DNA from: a virus
Taxonomy: Duplodnaviria; Heunggongvirae; Uroviricota; Caudoviricetes
Strand: one strand, 5' to 3'
Length of the DNA: 64,000 bases
Virus record (IMG/VR): IMGVR_UViG_3300033069_001798
Location: 1 to 64,000 of that record
This document shows, piece by piece, positions 21,864 to 30,868 of this stretch (the stretch's first letter is position 1; each line of letters starts with the position of its first letter). The translations under genes were made by a program, and so were the position numbers. The notes beneath the pieces are model-generated. The model was not told the DNA's origin and did no database searches. It saw only the letters and a program-made list of their open reading frames with translations.

Positions 21864-22064
21864 ATGCTCACGATACGGCCTGGCGATCTTGTCAAGCTCA
21901 ACCAGCTGTATCGCACGTTCAAAGGTTTCGTCATACCAGATGGTGCATTGGTGACGATCTTGTGGCACACTGACGACAAGACTGGCTTGTTCTATGAGCA
22001 CCAAACGTTCGAAGTTGCTACTTGGTGGATCATTGACAAAGTTGAGATTCTCAGCGATACTTAA
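21864..22064 (+). CDS. GDLV-family small protein (dispersed cluster 2)
   Basis: 66 aa; MLTIRPGDLVKLNQ..ALVTILWH... Confidence 0.65.
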   Translation: MLTIRPGDLVKLNQLYRTFKGFVIPDGALVTILWHTDDKTGLFYEHQTFEVATWWIIDKVEILSDT

Positions 22065-22076
22065 CCTTGTCGGGCA

Positions 22077-22304
22077 ATGCTGAATATCGTTAGAATGTTC
22101 ACGGTGCTCGTCGAAGCAACATCATCAGATGAACATCCTTGGATACGCAAGCTACGCGCTGAAGCTGAAGGTTGCTGCGGTGAATGTGGCTCAAAGCACC
22201 CAGAGCGCGTTGTCAGGGGCGGTTTTTGGATCACGTTCAGCTGCCCCGAGTGTAGACACGCTTCAAAGATTCACATCAACACCAAAAACTCTGGAAGTGG
22301 GTGA
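22077..22304 (+). CDS. Small zinc-ribbon protein
   Basis: 75 aa; CCGECGSK..(18)..CPECRH four-Cys ribbon. Confidence 0.5.
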   Translation: MLNIVRMFTVLVEATSSDEHPWIRKLRAEAEGCCGECGSKHPERVVRGGFWITFSCPECRHASKIHINTKNSGSG

Positions 22305-22494
22305 TCTAGTCGCATGGTTTGGAAAAGGTGCAATCAAACCGCGGTTTGGATCGATCGTCAAGATCATGACTTCGTTCGGTGAAAATGTACGAGCGCACGA
22401 GATTGTAGTACTATGCTCTGACGGCACCTTGCAGACTGCTCTCTTTTGGGAATCTGAGCGTGGAAAATCTTGGAGAAAATTTGAATACGCCTAA
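22297..22494 (+). CDS. GDLV-family small protein (dispersed cluster 2)
   Basis: GTG 22297 inside track ORF 22129..22494 (GTGGGTGA overlap); VGDLVAWFGKG..GSIVKIM..EIVVLCSDGTLQTALF. Confidence 0.5.
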   Translation: MGDLVAWFGKGAIKPRFGSIVKIMTSFGENVRAHEIVVLCSDGTLQTALFWESERGKSWRKFEYA

Positions 22495-22714
22495 GCCTGG
22501 TGATCTAGTGATGGCAAGGAAGCTGATCTTGGGATGGGCAGCGCCGCTCATCAGAAGACCATCATCCATAGCAATCAAGAGCGGCATGATTGCTGTGATC
22601 GTAAGATCTCAAAGCAAGGGTCAAAGAACTCACGTGTCGTTGCTGATCAACGGTCGTTTGTACGATTACGGGTGCGACACAGTTAGCTGGGACAGCAATT
22701 GGCTATCGTTGTAA
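22460..22714 (+). CDS. GDLV-family small protein (dispersed cluster 2)
   Basis: 84 aa; ..NTPKPGDLVMARK..MIAVIVRS..HVSLLINGRLYDY. Confidence 0.6.
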   Translation: MENLGENLNTPKPGDLVMARKLILGWAAPLIRRPSSIAIKSGMIAVIVRSQSKGQRTHVSLLINGRLYDYGCDTVSWDSNWLSL

Positions 22715-22717
22715 AAG

Positions 22718-22957
22718 ATGAAACCGGGCGACTTGGTAGAGACGCAGAGAGCAAGGGTTGTCACGGCCCTCAATTGCTCTGACCCTAACAAGTACTACGT
22801 GTTGAGCCCAAAAGACATTGGCATCGTCGTTCAAGTAGATGTTGGAAGCAACGAAATCCCAGACTACACTCTGTACGGGACGATCGTTGTATACTTTCCA
22901 AGCCTTGGTCGACTAACAACTGCTCATGAATCGCAGATAAAGCTTCTAGAAGCCTAG
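22718..22957 (+). CDS. GDLV-family small protein (dispersed cluster 2)
   Basis: 79 aa; MKPGDLVETQR..IGIVVQVD..TIVVYFPSLGRLTTA. Confidence 0.7.
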   Translation: MKPGDLVETQRARVVTALNCSDPNKYYVLSPKDIGIVVQVDVGSNEIPDYTLYGTIVVYFPSLGRLTTAHESQIKLLEA

Positions 22958-23143
22958 AAGTTCGTGGCTGAACAAGGGACCCATCATAGAGCCCTTGTTC
23001 AGCCACACGTAGTACACGCTCTCGTACTGGTAAGACTTATTCTGGTTCGCAGCTCTTACAGAGATGATGAGACCAGAGTCTTTAGTTGAAACGTATCCGT
23101 TGTTGTTTGCAATCGTGACAAGATCACCAACTTGGAATTTCAT
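22946..23143 (-). CDS. GDLV-family small protein (minus-strand copy)
   Basis: 65 aa; MKFQVGDLVTIANN..GLIISVRA..YYVWLNKGSMMGPLF. Converges on 22718..22957 with a 12-nt overlap. Confidence 0.6.
   Translation of the reverse strand: MKFQVGDLVTIANNNGYVSTKDSGLIISVRAANQNKSYQYESVYYVWLNKGSMMGPLFSHELLGF
22964..23006. repeat. 15-bp perfect inverted repeat (hairpin) at the convergent junction
   Basis: GTGGCTGAACAAGGG (22964-22978) / CCCTTGTTCAGCCAC (22992-23006) with a 13-nt loop. It lies within the 3' end of the minus-strand gene, just past the + strand stop. Possibly a bidirectional terminator, but there are no U-tracts. Confidence 0.5.
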
Positions 23144-23161
23144 CTTCTCAATAAGTAAAAC

Positions 23162-23572
23162 TCACTTCTTGCTAGACGGGTATTTCTTCTTGAAGACGAG
23201 CAGCGTGCCACGAAGCAAGATCAACGCATCATCATGAAGCACTCGAGCCGCTCCTTCTTTGAATGCTGCTATGATCGTGCTCAAGAACATGTAGATTCCA
23301 ACGGTGCAGATGATTCCAACCATTGACATCTTCACCAGCAGGCCCACTAGAACGATGACAACAGAGATGAACATCGTTTCAAGCTTCGCGCTGTAAACTT
23401 CCTTGCTGACGGTCACTGAGTTGCCGTACATATCAGCAAGGAACTGAATCGTGCTGAATGACATCTTCTCGCCGTGCGAGACAGACTCCCAGTCAATGTC
23501 CTCGATCTTTACGTTCTCTTCTTTGTTCAACTCTTCATTGATCATCTTTTTCACTATCCTTGGTGTCTTCAA
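23162..23572 (-). CDS. Membrane protein (2 predicted TM helices)
   Basis: FISVVIVLVGLLV..MVGIICTVGIYMFLSTIIAAF hydrophobic stretches. Confidence 0.5.
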   Translation of the reverse strand: MKTPRIVKKMINEELNKEENVKIEDIDWESVSHGEKMSFSTIQFLADMYGNSVTVSKEVYSAKLETMFISVVIVLVGLLVKMSMVGIICTVGIYMFLSTIIAAFKEGAARVLHDDALILLRGTLLVFKKKYPSSKK

Positions 23573-25160
23573 CTATCACTGCGCCGATAGACAAAAATGT
23601 GATTGCTACTGAAACTGCGTTCTTCAAAGCCGTCCTGGAAACTTTCACTGGATCGATGATGCCATGAGCAAACATGTCAACTTCTCTGTCGCTTGCAGCG
23701 TCGTAACCACGAAACTGGATGTCTGACTTGATCATTCCACTTCGTAGATTGTTGATGACGACTTCATGTGACTTTCCGGCATTCGAAACGATCGTCTGCA
23801 AGGGTGCTAGGATTGATGTCATGACAAGCTTTGCACCAACATCATCTTGAGGCACGTCAACCATCCACGTGGCATTGAAGAATGCAGTTCCGCCGCCAGC
23901 TACGATGCCCTCGGCGACCGCTGCTCGCGTTGCGTTCAGAGCATCTTCGATGCGATACTTCTTCTCAATCATCTCAAGCTCAGTTGAGCCTCCGACCTTG
24001 ATGACAGCAACGCCAGAAGCAAGCCGCGCGATGCGCACCTTCAACTTTGTCACTTCATCAGTTGTTAGCGTCACGTCTTCGAGCTGCGTCCTAAGATTTG
24101 CAACGTGAGCGTCAACAGCGGGCCGAGATGCGCCAGCTCCGACCAACGTTGTCGACTTAGCATCAACGACGACCTTCTTGACAGTACCAAGATCGTTGAG
24201 CTCAAGCTTCTCGATCTTCAATCCAGCAGCTGGCGACACAACTGTCGTACCAGTAAGAACTGCGATATCGTGAAGCAGTTCATCCTTGTGTTTTCCGTAA
24301 CCCGGTGCTTTGACAGCAACGACTGCTAGGTTCGCATTGACGCGGTTGACGACCAGTCCTTGCATCGCTTCACCATCAACATCTTCGGCAATGATGAGCA
24401 GCTTTGACTGGGATCTTACGACTTTCTCAAGCAGAGGAATCAGCTCGCTCAGCGATGATAGTTTCTTGTCAGTGACAAGAACGCGAGCATCATTGTAAGT
24501 GACATTCATTCGTTCTTGGTTGGTGACGAAGTAAGGGCTCAAGTAACCACGCTCGAACTGCATACCTTCGACAGTTTCAAGCGTTGTCTCCATTCCTTTT
24601 GCATCCTCAACGGTGATGATGCCGTCAGATCCGACCTTCTCCATCGCATCAGCGATGAGGTTGCCGATGCGACCGTCGCCGTTCGCAGAGATCGTGCCGA
24701 CCTGAGCGATCTCTTCTTTGGTCGTCAGCTTCTTAGCAGATTTCACAAGGTATTCATCGACTAGCACTCGAGCTCGTTCCATCCCTTCGCACAGCTCTTT
24801 TGCTTCAAACCCTGCTTCAAGGTACTTCAACCCACCCTTGACTAGAGCGTAAGTCAACACCGTTGCTGTCGTTGTGCCATCACCAGCAACCTCGTTCGTC
24901 TGTGATGCTGCCTCCCTGATCAGATCTGCTCCCATCCTTTCAACTGGATCTTTGGGCCTGACTGACTTTGAAACCGTAACGCCGTCCTTGGTGACAACTG
25001 GCGGTCCATCTTTCTTCTGGATGACGACTGTCTTTCCTTTCGGTCCCAGCGTGCATGCAACGCTTTCAGCTGTGCACTCTATTCCTCGATAGAGTCTACG
25101 CCTCGCGTCGTTCTTGAAGAAAACTTTCGTAATGTTGTGTGTCTCGACGTCATTGATCAT
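23535..25160 (-). CDS. groEL: Chaperonin GroEL (Cpn60)
   Basis: 541 aa; AGDGTTTATVL, AAVAEGIVAGGG and an overall Cpn60 layout. Confidence 0.92.
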   Translation of the reverse strand: MINDVETHNITKVFFKNDARRRLYRGIECTAESVACTLGPKGKTVVIQKKDGPPVVTKDGVTVSKSVRPKDPVERMGADLIREAASQTNEVAGDGTTTATVLTYALVKGGLKYLEAGFEAKELCEGMERARVLVDEYLVKSAKKLTTKEEIAQVGTISANGDGRIGNLIADAMEKVGSDGIITVEDAKGMETTLETVEGMQFERGYLSPYFVTNQERMNVTYNDARVLVTDKKLSSLSELIPLLEKVVRSQSKLLIIAEDVDGEAMQGLVVNRVNANLAVVAVKAPGYGKHKDELLHDIAVLTGTTVVSPAAGLKIEKLELNDLGTVKKVVVDAKSTTLVGAGASRPAVDAHVANLRTQLEDVTLTTDEVTKLKVRIARLASGVAVIKVGGSTELEMIEKKYRIEDALNATRAAVAEGIVAGGGTAFFNATWMVDVPQDDVGAKLVMTSILAPLQTIVSNAGKSHEVVINNLRSGMIKSDIQFRGYDAASDREVDMFAHGIIDPVKVSRTALKNAVSVAITFLSIGAVIVEDTKDSEKDDQ

Positions 25161-25480
25161 GGTACCTTCATTTTACCACAATCTGACGCAGTGTTCAGAA
25201 GTAACTTTTCCTTAGTCACTGGTAGTTGAACCGGTCGGCCTTTTCGCCATGATACCGCAACTGTGCCTTTTCTGTACTTGTCAAGGAGATCTTTCAACAC
25301 TACTTTCTGCTGCACGTCATCAACCGAATCAATGCACTTCAGAAGCTTGTGTTCAGTGAAATCAATCACCTTGCTCATGATCCCGCTGAACAACATCAAT
25401 TGAGATTTGTGCAGCTGGAATTCAGTACCGTCCGTGAGTGATCCCTTAGAAGGTGTTCTAGTTGCCATCTTAATTCTCAT
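25157..25480 (-). CDS. Hypothetical protein translationally coupled to groEL
   Basis: 107 aa. Its stop overlaps the groEL ATG (ATGA). Not GroES-like by eye. Confidence 0.5.
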   Translation of the reverse strand: MRIKMATRTPSKGSLTDGTEFQLHKSQLMLFSGIMSKVIDFTEHKLLKCIDSVDDVQQKVVLKDLLDKYRKGTVAVSWRKGRPVQLPVTKEKLLLNTASDCGKMKVP

Positions 25481-25505
25481 GATAAGTAGTCACTCCGAGC
25501 CCATA

Positions 25506-26438
25506 TCATTTAGGTATGTTGAACATCGATGCCATGAGGTCAACGCTAAGATTCTTGTGCTTAGCTTCGACTTCTACGGCGATTGTATCATCCCTAAGCC
25601 CACGGAGCTGACAATCAGGAACATGATGGATGTAGTCGCTATGCTTCCTCCTGTCAATAAATGAACCGTTCAACAATGAAGGCTCAGTGTTTGATATGTG
25701 CTGAAGAGGTATCACACCTTTCGGCCATGTCAACTGTGTTACATTGAACGCTTCGTCAGCAGTTAGCTCGCCGTCGTTGAACGTATGATGGTGCGAATCC
25801 CACACGATCGGCACGCCAGTTTCCTTGTAGACGGGTAGCAAGTCGACGACAGAGTACGCTGACTCATCGTTCTCAAGCGTAAGCCTAGACCGAACAGACT
25901 GTGGCAACGAACGAATGCCATCAACGAGCCGTGAATGACGGTCACCCTTACCACCGTGAATGTTGATTGCTGCGTGCGGCGACCGCGGGAGACCCATGGC
26001 ATCAAAGATCCAGCCATGAAGTGACAACTCGTTGAAAGAATTCTCAACAACGCGGTCAGAATCGGACGATATGACGCAGAACTGACCTGGGTGCGTTGTC
26101 AACCGTATACCACGTGAGATTGCTGCTGTGCCAGCACGCTGCAACTCTGCACGAACCGCAGGATTGTCCCACGTCTTGCGAGGCACTTTATCAGCAAGCG
26201 GGAACAGAGATGACGAAATTCGAAATAGACGAATCCCCGCTGCTGACACCTTGGGTATCATCGCAGCGAGGTTCTTGATGTTGCTGATGTACGTAACACG
26301 GATCTGCTCGTCAGTGTACGCGCCGCGCTGGAACCTTCCCAGCTGCAACGTACGTTCAGACATCTCATTGACGAGAACAGTGTTACCCGTGCGTGGTTGC
26401 ACGTGAGACTTAAGCCAATGGCAGCAAACGCCTAGCAT
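25506..26438 (-). CDS. uvdE: UV damage endonuclease (UvdE family)
   Basis: 310 aa; LTTHPGQF..NIHGGKGDR..WDSHHH metal-ligand-like motifs of the UVDE TIM barrel. Confidence 0.75.
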   Translation of the reverse strand: MLGVCCHWLKSHVQPRTGNTVLVNEMSERTLQLGRFQRGAYTDEQIRVTYISNIKNLAAMIPKVSAAGIRLFRISSSLFPLADKVPRKTWDNPAVRAELQRAGTAAISRGIRLTTHPGQFCVISSDSDRVVENSFNELSLHGWIFDAMGLPRSPHAAINIHGGKGDRHSRLVDGIRSLPQSVRSRLTLENDESAYSVVDLLPVYKETGVPIVWDSHHHTFNDGELTADEAFNVTQLTWPKGVIPLQHISNTEPSLLNGSFIDRRKHSDYIHHVPDCQLRGLRDDTIAVEVEAKHKNLSVDLMASMFNIPK

Positions 26439-26471
26439 TGATTCAATCTTACATCTGTGCAGATCAAAGTT

Positions 26472-26708
26472 TCACTTCTTCTTGTTGCCAAACACTAGCT
26501 TTTTCAGCATCTTGTTGAACTCTCTAGCCTCACTGACCTTTGCAATACCAATCTTCCCAGGATACTGTAGACGCAGTTGAGCGTAAAATTTCTTCAGCTG
26601 CGCGGGCGTAACAGGCTTCAAGGGCGCGGGCTTAAATTCTCCTTTTTGTTCAGACTGAACCCATTCTAGCTTCGTAGTAAGATCACTAAGGTTTCTAGCG
26701 GTGGACAA
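26472..26708 (-). CDS. Hypothetical basic protein (78 aa)
   Basis: ORF only. Confidence 0.4.
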   Translation of the reverse strand: MSTARNLSDLTTKLEWVQSEQKGEFKPAPLKPVTPAQLKKFYAQLRLQYPGKIGIAKVSEAREFNKMLKKLVFGNKKK

Positions 26709-28558
26709 AAAGGGGCGTCGCCCTCGGGGCCGCCTCCTTCTTCGTTCTCTTCACCTTCAAGATCTTCAGTGATAGGACCGTTATCGGGCGGATCAGTCTT
26801 CATGGAGTGATCATCAAGTGTTGTCACTTCAGGCGCTGGATCATCCTCGTACTTCTCGAGGCGAGCAACACGCTTCGAGAGCTCGATCGTAGACTCAGAT
26901 GCTTCAGCGGCAGACATGAACCGACGCCTCTTCACGTACTCTTGGATGAAGGCGATGGGCCAATTCTTGACGAGCTCGTAAGCCTCATCAGCGTAAGTTC
27001 CAAGGATCGACCTGACAACATCACCGTCCATTGTCTTCACAAACAACATCTCATCGAAGCGACCAGGGCGAAGGATTGCCTCATCAAGACTGTTACGATT
27101 GTTGACAGTTGCGATGACAAGCTTCACGTGCCTCTGGAAGAACTCGAGCGTCTCGAGCAGCTGCGCCTGCGCATGCGCTCTGTCAAAGTCATCCAAGATG
27201 ATTGCATCGGGTTCAAAGATCGTGATAGCCTCAAAGAGCGTAGAGCTCTCAAGGTTAGCAACATCCTCAACGCGAATTCGGAAGCTGCGCATGCCAAGGT
27301 TCTCCACGATGGTTCGAGCCATCGTAGACTTTCCAGTCCCCGGCGGACCGTACAGCATCACTGACCGCGGCACGTCAGCGTCGATGCACCGCTTCAAGTA
27401 TGCTGCGTACGAAGTTGCTCTCTCAGATGCAAGGGGATGAAAGGCATCGTCAGATTCAAACACGATCCTAGAATCATCGTCAGACGTTCCGACGCGCTTG
27501 TTCTGCCTCATGACGAGGTTTGAATCTTTCAAAGATTCCCACAAGATCTTCTTGATGAGAGCTTGAGCCTCTTTCAACTTCGCAGTGTCAACGTAGATGT
27601 TGCCGGGAACGTTGAGACGGGTGTTCATCGTGTAACCCATCTTGATGCCATCAGCATCGATCATGCGAATGATCGTAGCATCATCGTTGGTGCGAATGTT
27701 CTCGTAAGGATATCGACTGACGACCTTGATGATCGTAGAGTTGAAGTCCCTGCTGTAAGGTGCAGACCACTCATCACCAGAGAAGAAATCATCTCCCCAC
27801 ACTTCAAACTGCTCAATGAGCACTTTGGAGATCGAGAAGCTGCTCTTCAAACCGTTCCACCAGGTGGGATCTTCCAAGAAGGGCGTTGATGCTTGAAAGA
27901 TGTCAGTTCCAACGTGGATGACTTGCTTCACCTTGCTCACGTTGAAGAAATCTCTAACTTGCGTCACTAGCGTCTTGTTCTTTTCAGTCATTTTGTCTCG
28001 TGGTGCTAAAAATTCAACGTTGTAACGAACTCGCTTGTTTGCTTTTGACGTGAAAGTCACGTCGCACTCTTCGTACTTCCCGTCTACGATCGCCGCCCCC
28101 ACGACCTTTGTAACATGCTCATAATCTGGATCGACGTACGTCATGATGAAGAATGCTCGACCCGTTGTCAGGGGTGCTAGTTTCTTGATGACTACGTTCT
28201 CAAAAGAATTCTTTGCAGTGTTTTCAACATCTGACCAATAGATCTTTGGGATGCTGATGAACTCGTAACCTGCTTGTGGGTAAGCGCACCGCTTGCAGAA
28301 ACGAGCGTCATTATCGTTCATCGCCTTGCACTGGCTGCACTCTTTTGCCTCGCCGCAATTGTCATACTCATGAACAACATCGTCGATGAACGTGCAACAC
28401 ATGTCGCCGTGCTCTTCTTGGATGTTCCTTAGATCTGACACCTTCACTTTCAAAGTGCTGTGGAACGTCGTGATGCTATCGATGACAGATTTCTTGGCTT
28501 TGGTGCTTGGTGCCATAAGTTGAAATGTACCCTGCAGATCAGCTATTTTACAAGCCAC
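26666..28558 (-). CDS. AAA+ ATPase with N-terminal zinc ribbon
   Basis: Walker A LYGPPGTGKST, Walker B AIILDDFD, and CSQC..(11)..CKRC near the N-terminus. Confidence 0.75.
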   Translation of the reverse strand: MACKIADLQGTFQLMAPSTKAKKSVIDSITTFHSTLKVKVSDLRNIQEEHGDMCCTFIDDVVHEYDNCGEAKECSQCKAMNDNDARFCKRCAYPQAGYEFISIPKIYWSDVENTAKNSFENVVIKKLAPLTTGRAFFIMTYVDPDYEHVTKVVGAAIVDGKYEECDVTFTSKANKRVRYNVEFLAPRDKMTEKNKTLVTQVRDFFNVSKVKQVIHVGTDIFQASTPFLEDPTWWNGLKSSFSISKVLIEQFEVWGDDFFSGDEWSAPYSRDFNSTIIKVVSRYPYENIRTNDDATIIRMIDADGIKMGYTMNTRLNVPGNIYVDTAKLKEAQALIKKILWESLKDSNLVMRQNKRVGTSDDDSRIVFESDDAFHPLASERATSYAAYLKRCIDADVPRSVMLYGPPGTGKSTMARTIVENLGMRSFRIRVEDVANLESSTLFEAITIFEPDAIILDDFDRAHAQAQLLETLEFFQRHVKLVIATVNNRNSLDEAILRPGRFDEMLFVKTMDGDVVRSILGTYADEAYELVKNWPIAFIQEYVKRRRFMSAAEASESTIELSKRVARLEKYEDDPAPEVTTLDDHSMKTDPPDNGPITEDLEGEENEEGGGPEGDAPFCPPLETLVILLRS

Positions 28559-28562
28559 AGCT

Positions 28563-29481
28563 TCAAGCGTACTTGCACATCAGCTGCTCACCAAGATCCT
28601 TGAGGAACTGTACACCGTAGTTACCATCACGGCTAGCTTCAAGGTCGGTTTCAAGGAAGCTCGGCAACACTTCGTCAGAGTAGCGTGCAGATGCAATGCC
28701 CCATGCGATCGCAGCGACAGAGTCTGTGTCACCACCCCCAGCTCGCAACTCGAGACATGATACCCGCTAGCGATTTTTCTTCGACAAGCAACGTATGAAC
28801 AGCCCAAGCCGTGTTCCAACCGAGGCCACGATCCCCCGGCTGCTTCGGTCGAGCCTTCACAGGGCCCTCCCAGGGCTTCGAGAAATAATCAAAAGAATCT
28901 AGGTAACGGCTACACCATCCTAGCATGTGATTAAAATCTCGACGATCGTAGAGGGCATAATGCGACATCAATGCAACAGCGATCGAGGAGTTGATGCCAC
29001 CCCACGTGGCATGCGTCGTAGCTGCTTGCAACCCAGCGTAGCGAACGACGGCATCTGGATCTTTGATGACGCCTATGGGAACCGAGCGCATCGCTGCACC
29101 GTTCTTGTCGGAATTTGGTTGAAGCTTCAGCTTCAGCTCATCACCGTTCTTCGAAGACTCTAGTAGCTCTTGCATCGCTCTGCTGTAACCATCGCGTGGA
29201 TCTCTTGCATGAACTTCCCAAAATTTGCCAACAAAATCAACGGCGCTGGGTGATTCGCTGGTGCACAGCAACTCTGCGATCGCAATGCTCTGCTGGGTAT
29301 CATCTGAGTACCAGCCCGGTTTCATCAGCTCGTACGTTGGGTGCTGAACGTAACGATTCATAGAGCCAACAGCTTCAAAAAGCTCGCCATGCTTCTCTTT
29401 ATCGATGAATTCGATGCCCAACGCCAATGCATCTGCTTGCGCAATGCGCAGCAGCATGTTGCTGTTCTTACGTCTCATCAT
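28563..29481 (-). pseudogene. ADP-ribosylglycohydrolase (ARH/DraG family), split by a 1-nt frameshift in a G5/C5 run
   Basis: ORF 28729..29481 has ADALALGIEF and WYSDDTQQS. The family C-terminal motif GGDTDSVAAIAWG lies in ORF 28563..28748 in another frame. The frames meet at CCCCC 28735-28739, and removing one G restores ..ASWGGDTDS... Confidence 0.7.
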
Positions 29482-29726
29482 AGGTGCCTTATGAAGGTTC
29501 GAAGCACGAAGAAAGAATCACCCAACGAAGGAACGATGACTTTTGCGTAATCTGGTCCCAAGTGCGTGAGGATGCACATCGTGTTCTTTTTCAGAATTAC
29601 ACCACGTGTGCCGCTGTCGTTCTGAACAAACGTATCCCAAGAAACGTAACACAATTCTGTTTCTATCAATTGCGTCACCTTCAACGTAAAACGTGCAACG
29701 AATTCGCTTACTGGGCTTAGCCCCAT
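29478..29726 (-). CDS. Hypothetical protein (82 aa)
   Basis: ORF with ATGA-type coupling. Possibly beta-rich (..RGVILKKNTMCILTH..AKVIVPSLGDSFFV). Confidence 0.4.
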   Translation of the reverse strand: MGLSPVSEFVARFTLKVTQLIETELCYVSWDTFVQNDSGTRGVILKKNTMCILTHLGPDYAKVIVPSLGDSFFVLRTFIRHL

Positions 29727-30049
29727 CGTCGATGAGGTCTCCTGTTCCTGTCAACGTTGCCATCCAGCGCATCGTTCAAAATTTGGGACGCAATTGACCA
29801 CAAATCTTCTTCTGAACGAACCCTTCTGTTGAACTGCGCGTTCTGAACTTTGGCTCCAGCATCGTCTAGGCCAATGCGCTGGAGCTCTTCACCGAGCCAG
29901 TTAGCAGTCGTTATCACTTCTTTAGTTCTGACATCGCATGACCAGTTCGCCGGTCTTCCAGCGCTGTGCCCAGCGAATAGTCTTTCAATGTTGCGCTGAA
30001 CGTTCTCTCTGACCATGTCAGGAGAATAGCGCGGTGCTACTTTTTCCAT
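29717..30049 (-). CDS. Hypothetical protein (110 aa)
   Basis: ORF only. Confidence 0.45.
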   Translation of the reverse strand: MEKVAPRYSPDMVRENVQRNIERLFAGHSAGRPANWSCDVRTKEVITTANWLGEELQRIGLDDAGAKVQNAQFNRRVRSEEDLWSIASQILNDALDGNVDRNRRPHRRWG

Positions 30050-30052
30050 CTT

Positions 30053-30868
30053 CTACTTCTGTCTTTTTGGACACCAGTAAGTTGTTCGACCGTCAGCGGT
30101 CGCTTTTTTTTCTACTGGGAATCCATGAGGATCAGTGACTTGATTGTACACTGAAAATCTGTCTGATATCCATGATGTGCCATCCGGACCCACAGAATAA
30201 GCCCCACCGAGCTCGTACGACAGGTTCATCATCATTATGATAGCTGATCGTAGGTCAGCAAAGTCTTCGTGGGTTAGCGACGAAACTGGACGATGCGGTG
30301 ATATCTTCGCAGCATACAAAGATTCACACTTCAAGTAATTACCGACGCCAGAGACGCAGCTTTGGTCCATCAGAGCCTCAGCGATCGTTCGATTGCTCTT
30401 GAACATCATGCGCTCGATGAATTCTTCATCATCCGGTGGTGCGTTAAGCATGTCAGGACCTATTGACTTCAGCTTTGAAGCTAGCGCTTCGGCAGAAGAC
30501 GTGAAGCTCAACGTCCCGAATCGACGCTGGTCAATGAACGTCGTTGTCAACTCATCAGACATGATTGACATGACAGCGTGCCCAGCCGTGGGCCGCGTCG
30601 TCCACTTTCCCGTCATCCCGTAGGTGCACATCATGTACCAATCGGGCTCAAGATCTTTCTTGAACGTCCACCATGAGAACTTTCCCTTTACGCGAGCTGC
30701 TTCCATCATGTAGCCATCACGAACAGCAGAGGCGAAATTTTGGTAACCAGCGGGCTCTTTCGAAGAGTAACGACCAGTGTTGTGCAGCTGAACGGCACGA
30801 ATGATCTCACCGCTGAACAGGTTGTTGATCTCTTCGACGCTCAACGTGACTTCAACACCCTCGGGCAT
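30053..30868 (-). CDS. Fpg/Nei-family DNA glycosylase/AP lyase (degenerate zinc finger)
   Basis: Catalytic N-terminus MPEGVEV (Pro2/Glu3) and an H2TH-like middle. The C-terminus ..VTDPHG..TTYWCPKRQK lacks three of the four usual Cys residues. Confidence 0.75.
   Translation of the reverse strand: MPEGVEVTLSVEEINNLFSGEIIRAVQLHNTGRYSSKEPAGYQNFASAVRDGYMMEAARVKGKFSWWTFKKDLEPDWYMMCTYGMTGKWTTRPTAGHAVMSIMSDELTTTFIDQRRFGTLSFTSSAEALASKLKSIGPDMLNAPPDDEEFIERMMFKSNRTIAEALMDQSCVSGVGNYLKCESLYAAKISPHRPVSSLTHEDFADLRSAIIMMMNLSYELGGAYSVGPDGTSWISDRFSVYNQVTDPHGFPVEKKATADGRTTYWCPKRQK

Noticed and set aside
21696-22004. A 102-aa minus-strand ORF spanning the divergent region 21817-21863.
   Set aside because: It overlaps both the well-supported GDLV gene 21864..22064 (antisense) and the 5' end of 21436..21816. 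It would also run through the palindromic promoter-like element. No supporting motif was found.
23869-25092. Several 60-85 aa + strand ORFs opposite groEL. Similar small ORFs lie opposite the AAA+ ATPase, ligase, UvdE and other long genes (e.g. 26807..27364, 37718..38284, 39295..39867, 41638..42186).
   Set aside because: They lie antisense to or nested within strongly supported genes. They have low-complexity S/R/L-rich composition and no coupling or RBS context.
25157-25480. The ORF upstream of groEL might be GroES.
   Set aside because: It shows no resemblance to the GroES sequence pattern (no mobile loop, no GxxxG beta-barrel motifs). It is kept only as a coupled hypothetical protein.
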